From positions 2,418,001 through 2,482,000 of the forward strand of contig JAYWIR010000010.1 of NCBI GenBank assembly GCA_036172245.1: a DNA stretch of 64,000 nt, read 5' to 3'. The notes beneath the pieces were generated by a model. That model was not told where the DNA came from and ran no database searches. It saw nothing but the letters and a program-made list of their open reading frames with translations. How positions within the stretch are numbered: the first letter of the stretch is position 1; each line of letters opens with the position of its first letter. This DNA is from Raillietiella orientalis (lineage: Eukaryota). Shown here one piece after another: positions 13,467-26,000 of the stretch. Position numbers and translations under genes: made by a program.

Positions 13467-14399
13467 TACTTTTATTCTATGTTTAGGAGTGACGAGTCTG
13501 CAGTGAATGAACATTGGTTTCAAAGACTTGCTAATATTTTTTAAGTTTAAATGTAAAGTTCCAGTTCCTGTAACTAGTTTAATAAAATCATATCAATTTA
13601 CTGGAGGAGACGGTGAAATAACCATAATGACTTGTAATGATCAATGTTAATGTATGTTACCAATTGAGTAATTTAACAAATTTATACCAGATTGATAATC
13701 AAACTTTATAAGACCTAAAGAAAACAATTTAATTGATTACAAGTTGAGTTTAATTTATGTTGATTTTTTATACCCATACAACTTTACAGCACTAACAATT
13801 AACATAGAATAAAACATAACACTGAATAAATCTACAATCATATTCAAAATTAGACAAACTCAAATATATTTTTACATGTTTAAAAGATCGACTATGGAGT
13901 TTTTTTTTCTAAATGTTCAAATGCAGACTGATTCCACTATTCCTTTTCGATGGAATAATTTAAATTAATCTCGCTACTTATAGTTTCTCAGCTGATTCTG
14001 CTGAGCAATTTAACCATGCGAAGAAAAAGACATTTTTGTATTCTTTTCATAAAATACTGTTAAAGTAACCAAAAAGAGTGACAAACTTAACGTTTTTTGC
14101 TTCTTAAATTTAAATGCAGTAAATTTTTTTACTGCACGTGCTCATGGATGGTTAATCAACAATCAAACAAGCATTGTTTACTTGCATAGTCCTCATACAT
14201 CCTTAATCGCTATGGCTTCATTATGTTCACACATCTCTTCCGTAATGGTTTTTGTTATTCACTTGCAATAGCAGGATTTAGTAGAAAAACGGTGACAACT
14301 GTATGTATTGCTTGGCTACATAATACAACTGTATGTCTTATTTGGCTTTTTGAATATACGATGTAAGATGACTACAATTCACCTATTAGAGTTGATTTC

Positions 14400-15450
14400 C
14401 AATGTCAAAATCTCTTCATTTTTCTTAAGATTTGCTATATTCACCATGTTAAATTAACTATTATTATCATATACGCTGATCAACAATCCCTTCGTTCAAT
14501 ATCGGAATTTACAAGTATAACAATAATAAATACACATGAAACATATCTTATACCTACCTGCCACAATACAATTTTTGGAAATTAAGTTAAGAATGCCTAC
14601 TCCCGCTTCCACTAAAGTATTTCGAAAGTTGCAACACTAACTAAATTGAATGTTTTACTAAATGTAAACTGACAACTTTGGCAAGATCAAACTGGCTTCA
14701 TACCTCGCAATGCTCGCTTGAATGAAACAATTTCGCCATGAAGCATACTTTTAAGACAAATTCATGTGCTTCTCAGGGAGCAAAGGGAAAAAGTGGCTGT
14801 TTCCGGATGACAATGTTCACAACTTGATATGTTATACTCCACGTGTTTTCCGTAGCAAACTGTGAAAACATTCCTGCGAATAAGATGCTCACATTTGAAA
14901 TACGTTCGTAGAATTACCAAATGTGTGAGTTTTCCGGTCTCCTATATATTCTCTAGTCGTGATGCTCACACTAGAAGAAAAAGAAGAAAAAAAAACGATC
15001 CTTCACTTTGGGACTCGATGATTGTCATATATAACAAAGGAAACGAGATCTGTAACATCGCATTACTTTTGATGAACACCATATATGCACAAGAAGTCGA
15101 ATTTCAGGTGCCATTGATGAAATAACTTTGCATTCAACTGCAAATAAAAGAAGTAAATTTACCTCTTTCATAGACAAAAGATGTACAATTTCAAAAGGAG
15201 TGAAAATTGGTAATGATTTCATCATGCATTCTCTTGACAAAACCTTTATCCTATGCTCAATTAGCTGCAGCCTTCTTATATGAAATGCCTGCTGTCACAC
15301 AAACTACTGGACTGTTTAAGGAAAACAATGCCTTAAAAAATGCCAATCAAAAAAATGAAGAAATCATAAAATGTTTTGGGAAGCAATGGAATAAATAAAA
15401 TTATCTTTCCTTCAACTAAACCTTGACATTCTATTTAGCATATTTGACTT
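14400..15450 (-). mobile_element. Probable BEL/Pao integrase relic
   Basis: DEIITNF (cf. SDNGTNF) followed by AVECKVISSMAPEI..SSKV (cf. GIEWKFIPPxAPHxGG..KSVK). Confidence 0.35.
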
Positions 15451-16272
15451 CATAAAAAATATTTAATATCAACAACAGAAAGTACAGAAATGCTTAGAAA
15501 TCGGATCAATAGTTTAAAAAAATCCTTTCAGTTTTTGAATTCACGATTATTTTATTAATCTTGTTCAATGGCTTCTTGATGTAATCAAGTAGCGTTTCTA
15601 TATGAATTGATTGAGTCTCTATTTTTCATGAGATTTAAAACAAAACTCTTATTGCAAGTAACGAATAGACAATGTGGTACGAATTCGATGGTTTTAATTG
15701 AGTCGATGAATGTGTCCTACTTTGAAGATTAGACTGAACATCAATAATAGTCAACGAAAACCACAGTGGATGCTATAAAATCTCTTAATGCTGTACCCTA
15801 CTGTAGTCTGTATCTTCTAATGATTATATAAATCTTATTAATTTATTCACATATTCTCCAGCTTGCATGCATTATTCAAAGTATTTTTTCTCTTTATAAT
15901 AGCAAAGCACATTTAGCACTAATTGTGAAGTTTGAATTTTCCATGAAAGGAAGTTATAATCTATTCTATTCAAAATTAATTTAATGGTACTTATATGCGA
16001 TTTTGCATTTTCTCAGCATTCGGAATGAGCACTGTGCATGACTAAACAAGTGTTCACGTGATTTACAGAGTTTTTTTTACACAAATAGTTGATGCATTAA
16101 CGAAACAAATTTGCATTCGGTTTGCAATGGGAAAAATCATATTATTCTCAGTTCCTGAAAACATTCTTAAAAAGGAAATATTTTAAATTTTAAAAAGTAA
16201 TGTCGATCCAAGAATGGAATAAACATTAACTGCTAAAATGAGAAAATTACAGCTGCCGCTGCTTGTGACAGA

Positions 16273-16329
16273 AATTCTAGCCCAATTCTAGTCTTTCATC
16301 CTAGTCTTTCGACAGTTATTCTAGTCTTT
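16273..16329. repeat. Three copies of CTAGTCTTT plus a partial copy, about 700 bp upstream of the FCHo start
   Basis: Exact 9-mers at 16288, 16301 and 16321. Confidence 0.7.
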
Positions 16330-17009
16330 AGCGCTCTGTTCAAATTAACTAAATTCGTTATTTTTATAAGGGATTATCAAGGATTTGTGAGACAAGTTTT
16401 CTGTTTGAAAAATTACTGGATAATGACACTAGGGCTATGTATTTGTGCATGCATTGCTCGGGTTATCTGATTAAATGAAAAATCCCTGTATTCCACTTTT
16501 TTATGCATAAACGTTTAGATTGCAAAATTCCCAGATTGTAGCATACGAAATTTCCGTTGTTTCCTTTTAAGAATTTTTGTTAAGTGAAATTTCTGTTGTG
16601 TAATTTTTTAGATAAAATGAAAAAAAGTTAAGTACCATTTCGAAGCCCATTTAGAGCTTTTTGAGAATCGTAATTTTTCAAGGAAAGTTTTGATTTGCAT
16701 TGATAACATTGTTGTGAACCTCAAAATGAATGCGATTGCTGGCGGGGATTGTGAAGTTGAAAAATTACTGACCTGAACTATGCTTAGGTTGTTTTTCAAG
16801 ATGATGTTGGAAACATTTGGTGGTGCAGAAATGTACCTGAATTAGCATAGAAATAACGTATTCTTTTTCCTTGTAATAAGGAATCCATGATAATTTTTCG
16901 TGTTCAATATATCGATACTTTATGAATGATTACGTATAAAGGAAAGATATGATCAGAGCGACTTGAAAATGAAGTGTTATCTTTTGAAATTGTAGAATTT
17001 ATAGTTAGA

Positions 17010-20000
17010 ATGGCGGTAAACTTTAGTGACCATTTCTGGGTAAGTAATTTTTAAACGTATGCTTCTTGAAATTGTAATAAGTTTTTCGTTTTCTTTCCGG
17101 TGATAATAGTCTGGTTTTTGTTGGAAGAAAACGTGTAGCCATTGTAAAACTAGCGTATAGGTTCAATGAGGATAATGCTGTTTTCATATTAGCGACTTAA
17201 TATTCAATAGTAATATTACTATTTAGTTCTTTAATTCTCAGTTAATTACATCATGTTTGAGAGGGCTTGCATGATCTGATTGGGTTTAAGATAATCACCA
17301 GTTAGCATAATTAGTCAAATGGGTACCTGTAAAAGCCCAATTTTATAAGGATGCTGATTTAGAAGCTTCTCTGTAGTTAGGTGAATGAATTTTGCGACTT
17401 GAGTAGATTCTTGGTTAGTAATTGTCTACGATGTTAAAGCATAAACATTTTGCATTTGTTCATTTTGCAAATAACTCATTTATCTTTTTGATATTTGGTA
17501 TATCCGCCATTTCTGTATTTGTTAATTGCTAACTTTTATTGTTATTAATGATTTCATATTTCATGTATTTTAACTATGGATTTTCCTTTTGAGGGTGATA
17601 AGTACTCTGGATTCAATATTCTATATCAAAATCTCAAATATATATTACTGTCTACAAAGGAGCTAGCAGATTTTTTCAAAGAAAGGTTTGTTAAGGATTT
17701 TAATTTACTACATGCTTGAAGAAGTAAATGTAATAAAATAATGGAAAGTCTAATGTAATCTATAATCATGATGTAATGTAATAATTATAAAGGTTAGTAG
17801 GCTTGTATAATGAATGTTTTTCAGATTAAATTTAGAAGAATGCAATTCAAAATTGCATGCTAAACTTGCTAAACAAGCATATGCATCATGTTCTGAGAGT
17901 TCTTTTGCACCAGTTTTGGAAGTAATGGTTTTTAATTATTTTTAAACCGAATTGATTATGTGTTAATTTTAAAAAAAATTGTTAAAGGAGTAATTAAATT
18001 GTGTTTCATCTATTAATTTTTGGACACTGAATTTTGATTTAAGGAATCCATTATAGATTTTCACTATAACATTGAATTCAAAATCACAAAACAACACAGC
18101 TTTGCTCAATACAATCTTTCATTCACACTAACAATTAAATATCTAATTATTATGCTACCTTAGCACAGTCAAAATACTGCAGCTGTTTAATATGCACCAA
18201 GCAGACCCTACCTTATATCACTCCTAAGAAAATGTTTTTAAGAAACATTTTAGACAAATTTTTTCCAAATTCCTTATCATATTCTCACATCACAATTTAT
18301 CTCTTCCCAATTCAATATCTCTTCCTAATTAAAACATTATTTCACATAAATTTTGATTAATTACATGCCAATCATATAATACTTTAAAAATTAATTTTAT
18401 TTTAGTATTAGAACCCTATAATAGCTACCTCTAAACCCACAATTTATTATTAACATTCCACATTTATGAAAAAAACAAGCTTTTTTGTATTCTTAACTCA
18501 TTAGTAATTAGAAATGTTAATTTGTCAGCATATAGCCCCCAAAGAAAGCTCAAGCATATTTTGTTGCACAGCAATGACCTTATTTAGCTCATTAACATTC
18601 GAATTTTAAATATCGATTTTCAATTAATTTCACTCTGATACAAAAGATCACCCTCAATACTTGTAATTTATTTATTACCACCTTTTCAGTACTTTTCTCT
18701 ATCACTATACAATCCAATCTGCTACTAATAATTTCGTATTCCAACTCAACAAAAAAATTCATAATTATCAATATCAGGTTCATTTTTACGTTTCTACAAT
18801 GCGTTTTTAATGTATTTAATAGGTGTTTGCACTTACATTGATATCTGTGTTCAATTAATGCTTTCTGTAGTTGTATGAGAGTTTTATCGTAAAATTGTAA
18901 ATTTATGGTCTTATAAAATAAATGGTATCATAAATTTGAAAAACAAATGTGTGATAAAATTATTTGGTTCAGCATTCATTTATTTTAGGCATGTCTTGTT
19001 GTATGTTTAAAATTAAGAAATTTAAGTATTTCTATATAAATGTATTTACGGATTTGAATTGCCTATAACATAAAAATTAATTTTGCTTGTATTTTTCTTA
19101 GAGGTATATGTAATCACCATTCATTGCTGTAGAAAATGCCAATTTCATATATCCCCATTTTTTCTTCATTTGAATATTATTACAGTTTGTTATTTGAAAC
19201 ATGTATTCATAATCAACATCATGCTGAGAATCATGAAAAATTAAATACATCTCTGATACTCTTTGAAAACTTTTTAAATGACAAGATACATAAGAAGGAA
19301 ACAATGCAAACAATATGAGTAGTTCGATTTGATTACTAAAGGAATTTGATATTTTGAAATAGGCTTCCCTCATTTAAAAGAACATTTACATTCCAATTTT
19401 TTCAGTTGCTATAATTGAAGTAGAAAGAAGTTTTCCAAAGCCGAAAAAAAAAGTCAAAAAGATGTATGACTTGACAAGTGCTTTTTGTTGTCAAGTCACA
19501 TATCATGTGTATATTTTCAACAGAAATAAGGTGATATTTTATTAAAAAATATGCATGAAACATTTGAGCACCTTGAGACATTATGATTGTAGTGTGTCTT
19601 GTATTCTTATACATTACAAATTTTTTAAACTTAGGAAAAACACTTGTCACCATGCATTTATTTCAATGTTAACATAGAATTGATTAGTATTTTTGAAATT
19701 CCATAAGCAAGTTCACCAAGCTCGATGCTTGTCTTCAAAGTATACATGTTATAATTTCTGAGTTAAGCTTTGGGAAATATTCTTTTGCAGTAGCAAAATT
19801 TTCTTGTTTTCTGTATTTAGTATAAACTTTTATTGTTTGGCCAGCTTTGTCATGATTATTGTTTTAGCTAAGTCGCACTCATTTATTCTGCACGTTCATT
19901 ATATTATTATTGTTTTATGGCTCATTGCAGCAAACACAATTTACTTATTCTCTTTCTTATCAATCTTGAGTTAATAGCATAAAGCAAATCTAATATAAGA

Positions 20001-23000
20001 TTGAGCTTGCTACATGTTTAATGTGTGTAATTTACATGCAAATTTTTTGTGTGTGTGGTTTGTAATTTTTGAAATCCATGCATATGGCATTTTAAGTACA
20101 TTTTAAGCAATTAAAAAGGAATAGGAATCTAAATGGTTTGACATTAACTCCAAAGCTCCAGTATCTCACAGCCAAAACGTAATTCCCAAAGTTTGCATTA
20201 AATTTCATGTTTATTGTTTAGAATAATTGATTTTCAATTGGAAACATGCTCATCTACAGCAGATGATTGATATCTTCATACAGTTTGGCTTAAAATTTGG
20301 AACTGGATTTGTGCTTTTTTCTGGGGTATATGCCTAAGAATATATGTCTGCATCATGTGATTTTTTGATCTGTATTTAAATTTTTGCCAACTATTTGTTC
20401 ATCAATCTAACTCTTTAGTGTTGACACTGTACAAACCTATTTGGATTCCCGGTTTCATTGGAACTTCAGCATAGTCCTCCCATATGACGCCAGTGATTTT
20501 TGCTTTCTTCCTTTCCTTCACCATTGGTTTTCTCAAGGCATTTCTTTAAATTTTTAAATTTGATTCTCATCGTTTTTTTGTTTAACTGTATTGTGTATTG
20601 TATCCTTTTACTTGTCATAGATGATATCATTATAGTTTTAGTGAACATTTGTTTAATTCTTATATCTGTTCTTTTTAAGATTTTTGAAAACCCATGATCA
20701 GATTTTGTTATGTTCCTATTTGCCTTTTCGCCTTCTTTTTATGCATTGTCGATTATGGATTGCAACAGCTATGGAATGCTTGTACATTCTAACCTACTTA
20801 ATGGCTTTCATAGCAAACACCATACTCCACTTTTTCATAATAAGCATGAGTACTTATGTTTATTCTGTGCATAAGTTATCTCTGTCTCATTTTCCTTCGA
20901 TGTTGGCTTTAGAATTTCTGTTTATGCAGTTTTCTTTTTTTTTTTTCTCCTTTTTTTTGCAATATTAATTGCTTTCCCAGTATTTATAAATTTAATTAGA
21001 ATTTTCGCATTTCTGCCAAGTGAATTAAAAAATATTTAGAATTTAAAAAAAATTGAATTTTTTAGAATTAATAAATTTAAACTATTGTGAACTGGTAAAG
21101 ATTCACTTGTCAGAAATTTGAGAATCCCAATTAAATTTATAAATACTGGAAAAGGAATTAACATTGCAAAAAAAGGAAGAAAAAAAAACAGAAAACTGCA
21201 TAAATAGAAATTTTAATTCTGTTGAATTTTGTAGCCCAATGTTATTTTCTTTACCTACCAGTGTATAGAATTTACTAAGTACGTTAGATGAATTTTAAGC
21301 AATCTTTTTCTTATTCCTATGTTGCATTTTAGAAAACAACTGAATATTATCCGTTACCATAACCAGAGGATTAAATATCCATAAATGTATAATCCTAAGC
21401 ATTCATTTCAGTAGAACTTAAATTGATTTGTGAATGTTGAGCATTAAGACTAACTTGTACACATGATCCATTGTTTCCATTAAGAGGCGTTGCATTATTA
21501 GTGGCCTAGATTATTTGAAATAACTAACTGTTGTTCTAGTATCTCAATACGTTTTTCTGGGTTACTGATTCTTCCTAAAATCTCAGTGTTACTCTTATTA
21601 TTTTTTTGCACCTTTTTTTTCTTCATGATGGAATTCTTTCACATGTCAGGGACTGTCATGTTTCTTGAAGCTTTCTCTATTGAGTTCAGCAGCTTCACAA
21701 CTCTCAGTCTAGAGTGCTTTTTTGGCATCTGCTGTTGTCTGTCTTAGTATCTTATTGCCATGGATAGAACTTTTATTTTATCCTCCCATCCTCAGTGATC
21801 ATGTGAATCCTTCTAATCCAATAAAAAATACATTTATCAGATTAGAAGGATTGCAAACAGCTTTCATACATGACATGTGAGTTTACAAATTAATCTCACT
21901 AGAATCTTGTCTTTGAAACTGATTGCAAGTCAATGACTCCCTCCCTTCCTTTTTTAGTAAACATTTCTAGTGAATGATTGCAATACAATGCAAAACTATA
22001 GGGTACATATTTGATAGCAATGCCTGACGAATATCTTCGATTCCTCTTTTGGATTCATAGTCTTTCTCTTTGTTATTTAAGGTATTGTGGTCAGTTTTTA
22101 TGATTCTCATTATGTGCAGTATGTTCAGCAGAATTTCAGTCTCATTTTTGTAGTTTTGATCTCTTTGCATGCTTGATTTGGCTAAGTCACAGAAAGACGT
22201 GTGCTCCCATCTGCAATTCAACCTTGTACTTTGAATGATTGCATAGAATTTTTATTTTGATAGAGTGTTTTTGGAAGAGCCCCTCCCTTCTGCTGAGATA
22301 ACTTACTAATTGTTGCTTGTTGAAACAGTTGCAGAACAATTAGGAATTTCCTGTAGAGGTCTCATGCTATAATGAGGAATTGTCTTTCCTTGATATCATC
22401 ATGGACTTCCAACTGGTCTCTCTCCAACTTTTTGTTCAACATTGAGGCAAATTGCTTTCCCTTCATCTTTTCTATGTGCACACCAAGATCATCTGTTCAT
22501 AAAGCACCTGTTCACTCTCATTGGACAGTTTACAAAATAACAGTTCTCATAGATAGTCTCTATCGTTTTGTGGGCTATCATGGTTTTTCACTTGCATTTT
22601 GGTTGTTTTAGATAATAGTAACCTGTACAAGTACACATCCATTGTACGCTTATACATGTTCACAAGCTTTTGCTTTGGGATTCTGGCACAGAAATTCTTC
22701 CATTTTGCCATCCAAGTCTTACTCATTCTCTGAGTAAAAATTGTCGTCATCTTGATAGTTTGTCATGTTCATCCTTTGTTCACCAATGCTTACTTTGGAT
22801 TCTGGATTTCAATAAGCCTCTGCTCCCATTTACTATTTTTCTTAGCTAGTACACCGTTAACATTCTTCTTAGCATAAGAGTATGAACTTTTTTTCTCTTC
22901 AGTAGCTACTCAAGTCCCCAAATGCTATGGATTTTCTTTTCAGACTTTGAAAGTGTGGTATCCAACTATTGTGATCAATTGTAGCATTTGTCATTTTCAC

Positions 23001-26000
23001 TGAATGAATTTTGTTGTAACCAGATTTAGTAAAAAATTTTCGTTTTGGCAAAATTCCTTGATTGAAAATGCTTCTTATTCATAAAACTTCTCTACTGTTA
23101 ATTATTTCCACAGTATTAATTCTTTGCTTCATTGAAATTTACGGTTGGTTCCAAAAATGAAAATTCTTCAAAATAAATCATTCTAGGTATCTCATCTTAA
23201 TTTAAAATGGTGGATCGTTGATTTTCGTCCATATTTTCTATTAGTGAAGGAGTCGAATTTCAAAAGAAATTATTTGCGCTTTGAAACAAACATTACTGAA
23301 ATTCAAATACTCTTCTATTATGTATGTAAAAGTTTTATCAAAATGCAAACTAAGCGCTAGCATCAAAAATGCAATAAAACAAGTTCATTTGTTTATCGTT
23401 TTACATTATGAAGTTCTACGTACTGTAGATATGTCTACTTTATGTTTGTAGTTATAAGTAGGTTACATTATTATTTACAGTACTGTATCATTATAAGTTG
23501 AATCTTTCCTCCATAAGTCAAGTTACAATGAATGTTTCAAATTTGTTTCAAATTTTGTTTCAAGATTCACAGTATATTTGTAAGTATGGGATTTTTGCAT
23601 AACATCATTAAAAGTAATAAAAAAAAAAGCTCTATTTTTTTATGATGAGATTTATTGGTTTATTTTATTTGAGATTTTCAAGTCATCCTCTGGAAAACTT
23701 TCTGCACTTCATCTTCAGACAATGTACAAATATCAGGATTTAATCAAGGAAATTGTTAAATATATGGAACAGCTACAAAAAAAAATCAGATCTGTAAGCT
23801 ATATTCAGTTTATAAGGGTTTATGTGTAATTGGTAGGATAAGTAGTGTACATCAAGAAAACAAGTTGTCAACAAATCTGAATTTATATAAAGGTCTTGTG
23901 TAAAGATTTCTGTTCATTGTTTAGACAAATTTTGTTCATGAATTTAAGAAACCACTTGTGCATTTGATCAGAAATGAATCCATCAATTAATTTTAAAAGC
24001 ATATTAGACATTAGGGTATGTCATGGTGTTTACAATTCTTAAAATATGTTTAGTATTAACAAAGTAAATTTTAAATTTATTGTGTTATAAAAAGGTGGTT
24101 TCGAAGTGCATTGTAGAAAATATGAAAATTAAAAAGACGTAATGCAGAATAACTCAGGCGTAGAGGAATTGCGAAATTTTAAGCAAAATTAATCTCCAGA
24201 AACTTTGTGTAAAATATAATTGAAAGGTGTATAATTTGCAATATAATTTGCTGTTTTAATGTTATTTGCTGTTTAGAGATTTTGTTTTCTCTGAATAAAC
24301 CCCTGATTGGTGATTTGAGCGGAAATTACAACACTGAGAAGCTAGTGCTAAAGCAAATCTTTTTTAGTTTCTGCTTTCTGCGTTTTGTTTTTCACGTATT
24401 TTCAGTATCGAAGTGTAACAAAGGCGTTCTAGCAGGAAAAAATCAGTTTTATGTTAGCAAACATGCTTTTATAATTATCTCACTGCATTCTTAACAAAGC
24501 AACATCTATAGGGAAACTAAATGAATTACGGAGTGTGAATCCAACTAGAGGAATTCACAGTCTATTTAGCTATGACCCTTGCTTTCATCAACCAGTGAGA
24601 CTGTAGCTGAACTCCTTATGCATGCCCTTGGTATCTTTGGTTTTCAAAGTAAGCTCCAGAGAGTGCTTGTGTAGACTACTTGATCTCTATACTCAGTTAA
24701 GCAAAATTTAGTTTTTGCTAGCGGATTCTTGTCTAACTAGACTTCAAGTTCATAAAAGGAATTTTCTCGTGGTTGTTTTGTTAGTTCCATTGCATAAGTT
24801 CAATTTAATTTAAATGCAGCTATGATCAGTAACTACCAAGGCCTTCTATAATGCAGGAAGACCATTAGGTTGATTTCCTCTGTTTGAATAAGTACATAAC
24901 TGCAGTATAGTACAAACATGGAAAGCACGATATTAAAAGGAATACTTTGCAGTTTGCAGGGCTAATAAGATTTAAGTCGATATTTTATGTTACCATTATT
25001 ACTTCATCTTAAAGTGTTGTATTTTAGTATAATTTTGTTCATTTGTAAATTTGATAGTATGAATAATAAAATTGATATGAATATTTAAAGATTTCTGATG
25101 CGGTTTCAAGGGAGCATAGTCAATAAAAGTAAATCTGCCCGTAAATGCTGTCATGTAACGCATGTCATTATTTGTTGTGAATAATATGAATTGCATAATC
25201 AGATTTACTTTACACATTGCATGTTGTTGAAATTTTCAGATTCTGCACATTCGTTTTAAAGTATTATAAGTTCATGGATTTTAGGTTAAAGAGGAAGAAA
25301 ACGAAACAGTCGAAGCTGTTAGTGCCATTCAGAGCAGCTCTACACTTCTTAATAAAGCCAAAGATGCATATATACAGAAGAGTGCAGAATTGGAAAAGTT
25401 AAGAAACGAGAATTCTTCATCTAAGGAATTGGAGAAGGCTGAAATAAAACTTAAAAAGGCCTTAGAAGAGTATAAAAGTGCTGTGGATAAATATAATTTC
25501 ATAAGAGAAAAATTTGAATTTAAAATGAGCGAATCCTGTCAAGTAAGTCAACAAACTTCATTTTGCCTTCATTGAAAGGTCACTAGCGGTTTCAAGCTAT
25601 TGAGGAAGCATATTTGAGTCGTATGAAAGAATTTGTAACTAATTACATTGCTATTTTATGCAATGAACATGAAAAAATGGAAGAGGTGATGTATCCACAA
25701 TTAAATTCTTTTTGTTTTCCTTTTTTGTGTGTCATTTTTCTTTGTTGAGATTTTTACTTTAGATTAATGCAAAGAAACATTTTATACACTTTTCATTGAG
25801 ATTAAAAATCCAATTATGCTGTAATAGGTGTATGCAGATCTAAGTAAGCAGTGTCAATTTTTGACTGTAGATAAGCTGTTGGAATCGTTTGTGCTAAAAA
25901 AGCAGACAGGATCATGTAGACCAGGTAATTAATATTTTCATAACAATGCATCACTGCCCATATGTGTCAGAAGTAGCAGAATGTTGTAAAATGCCCTTAG

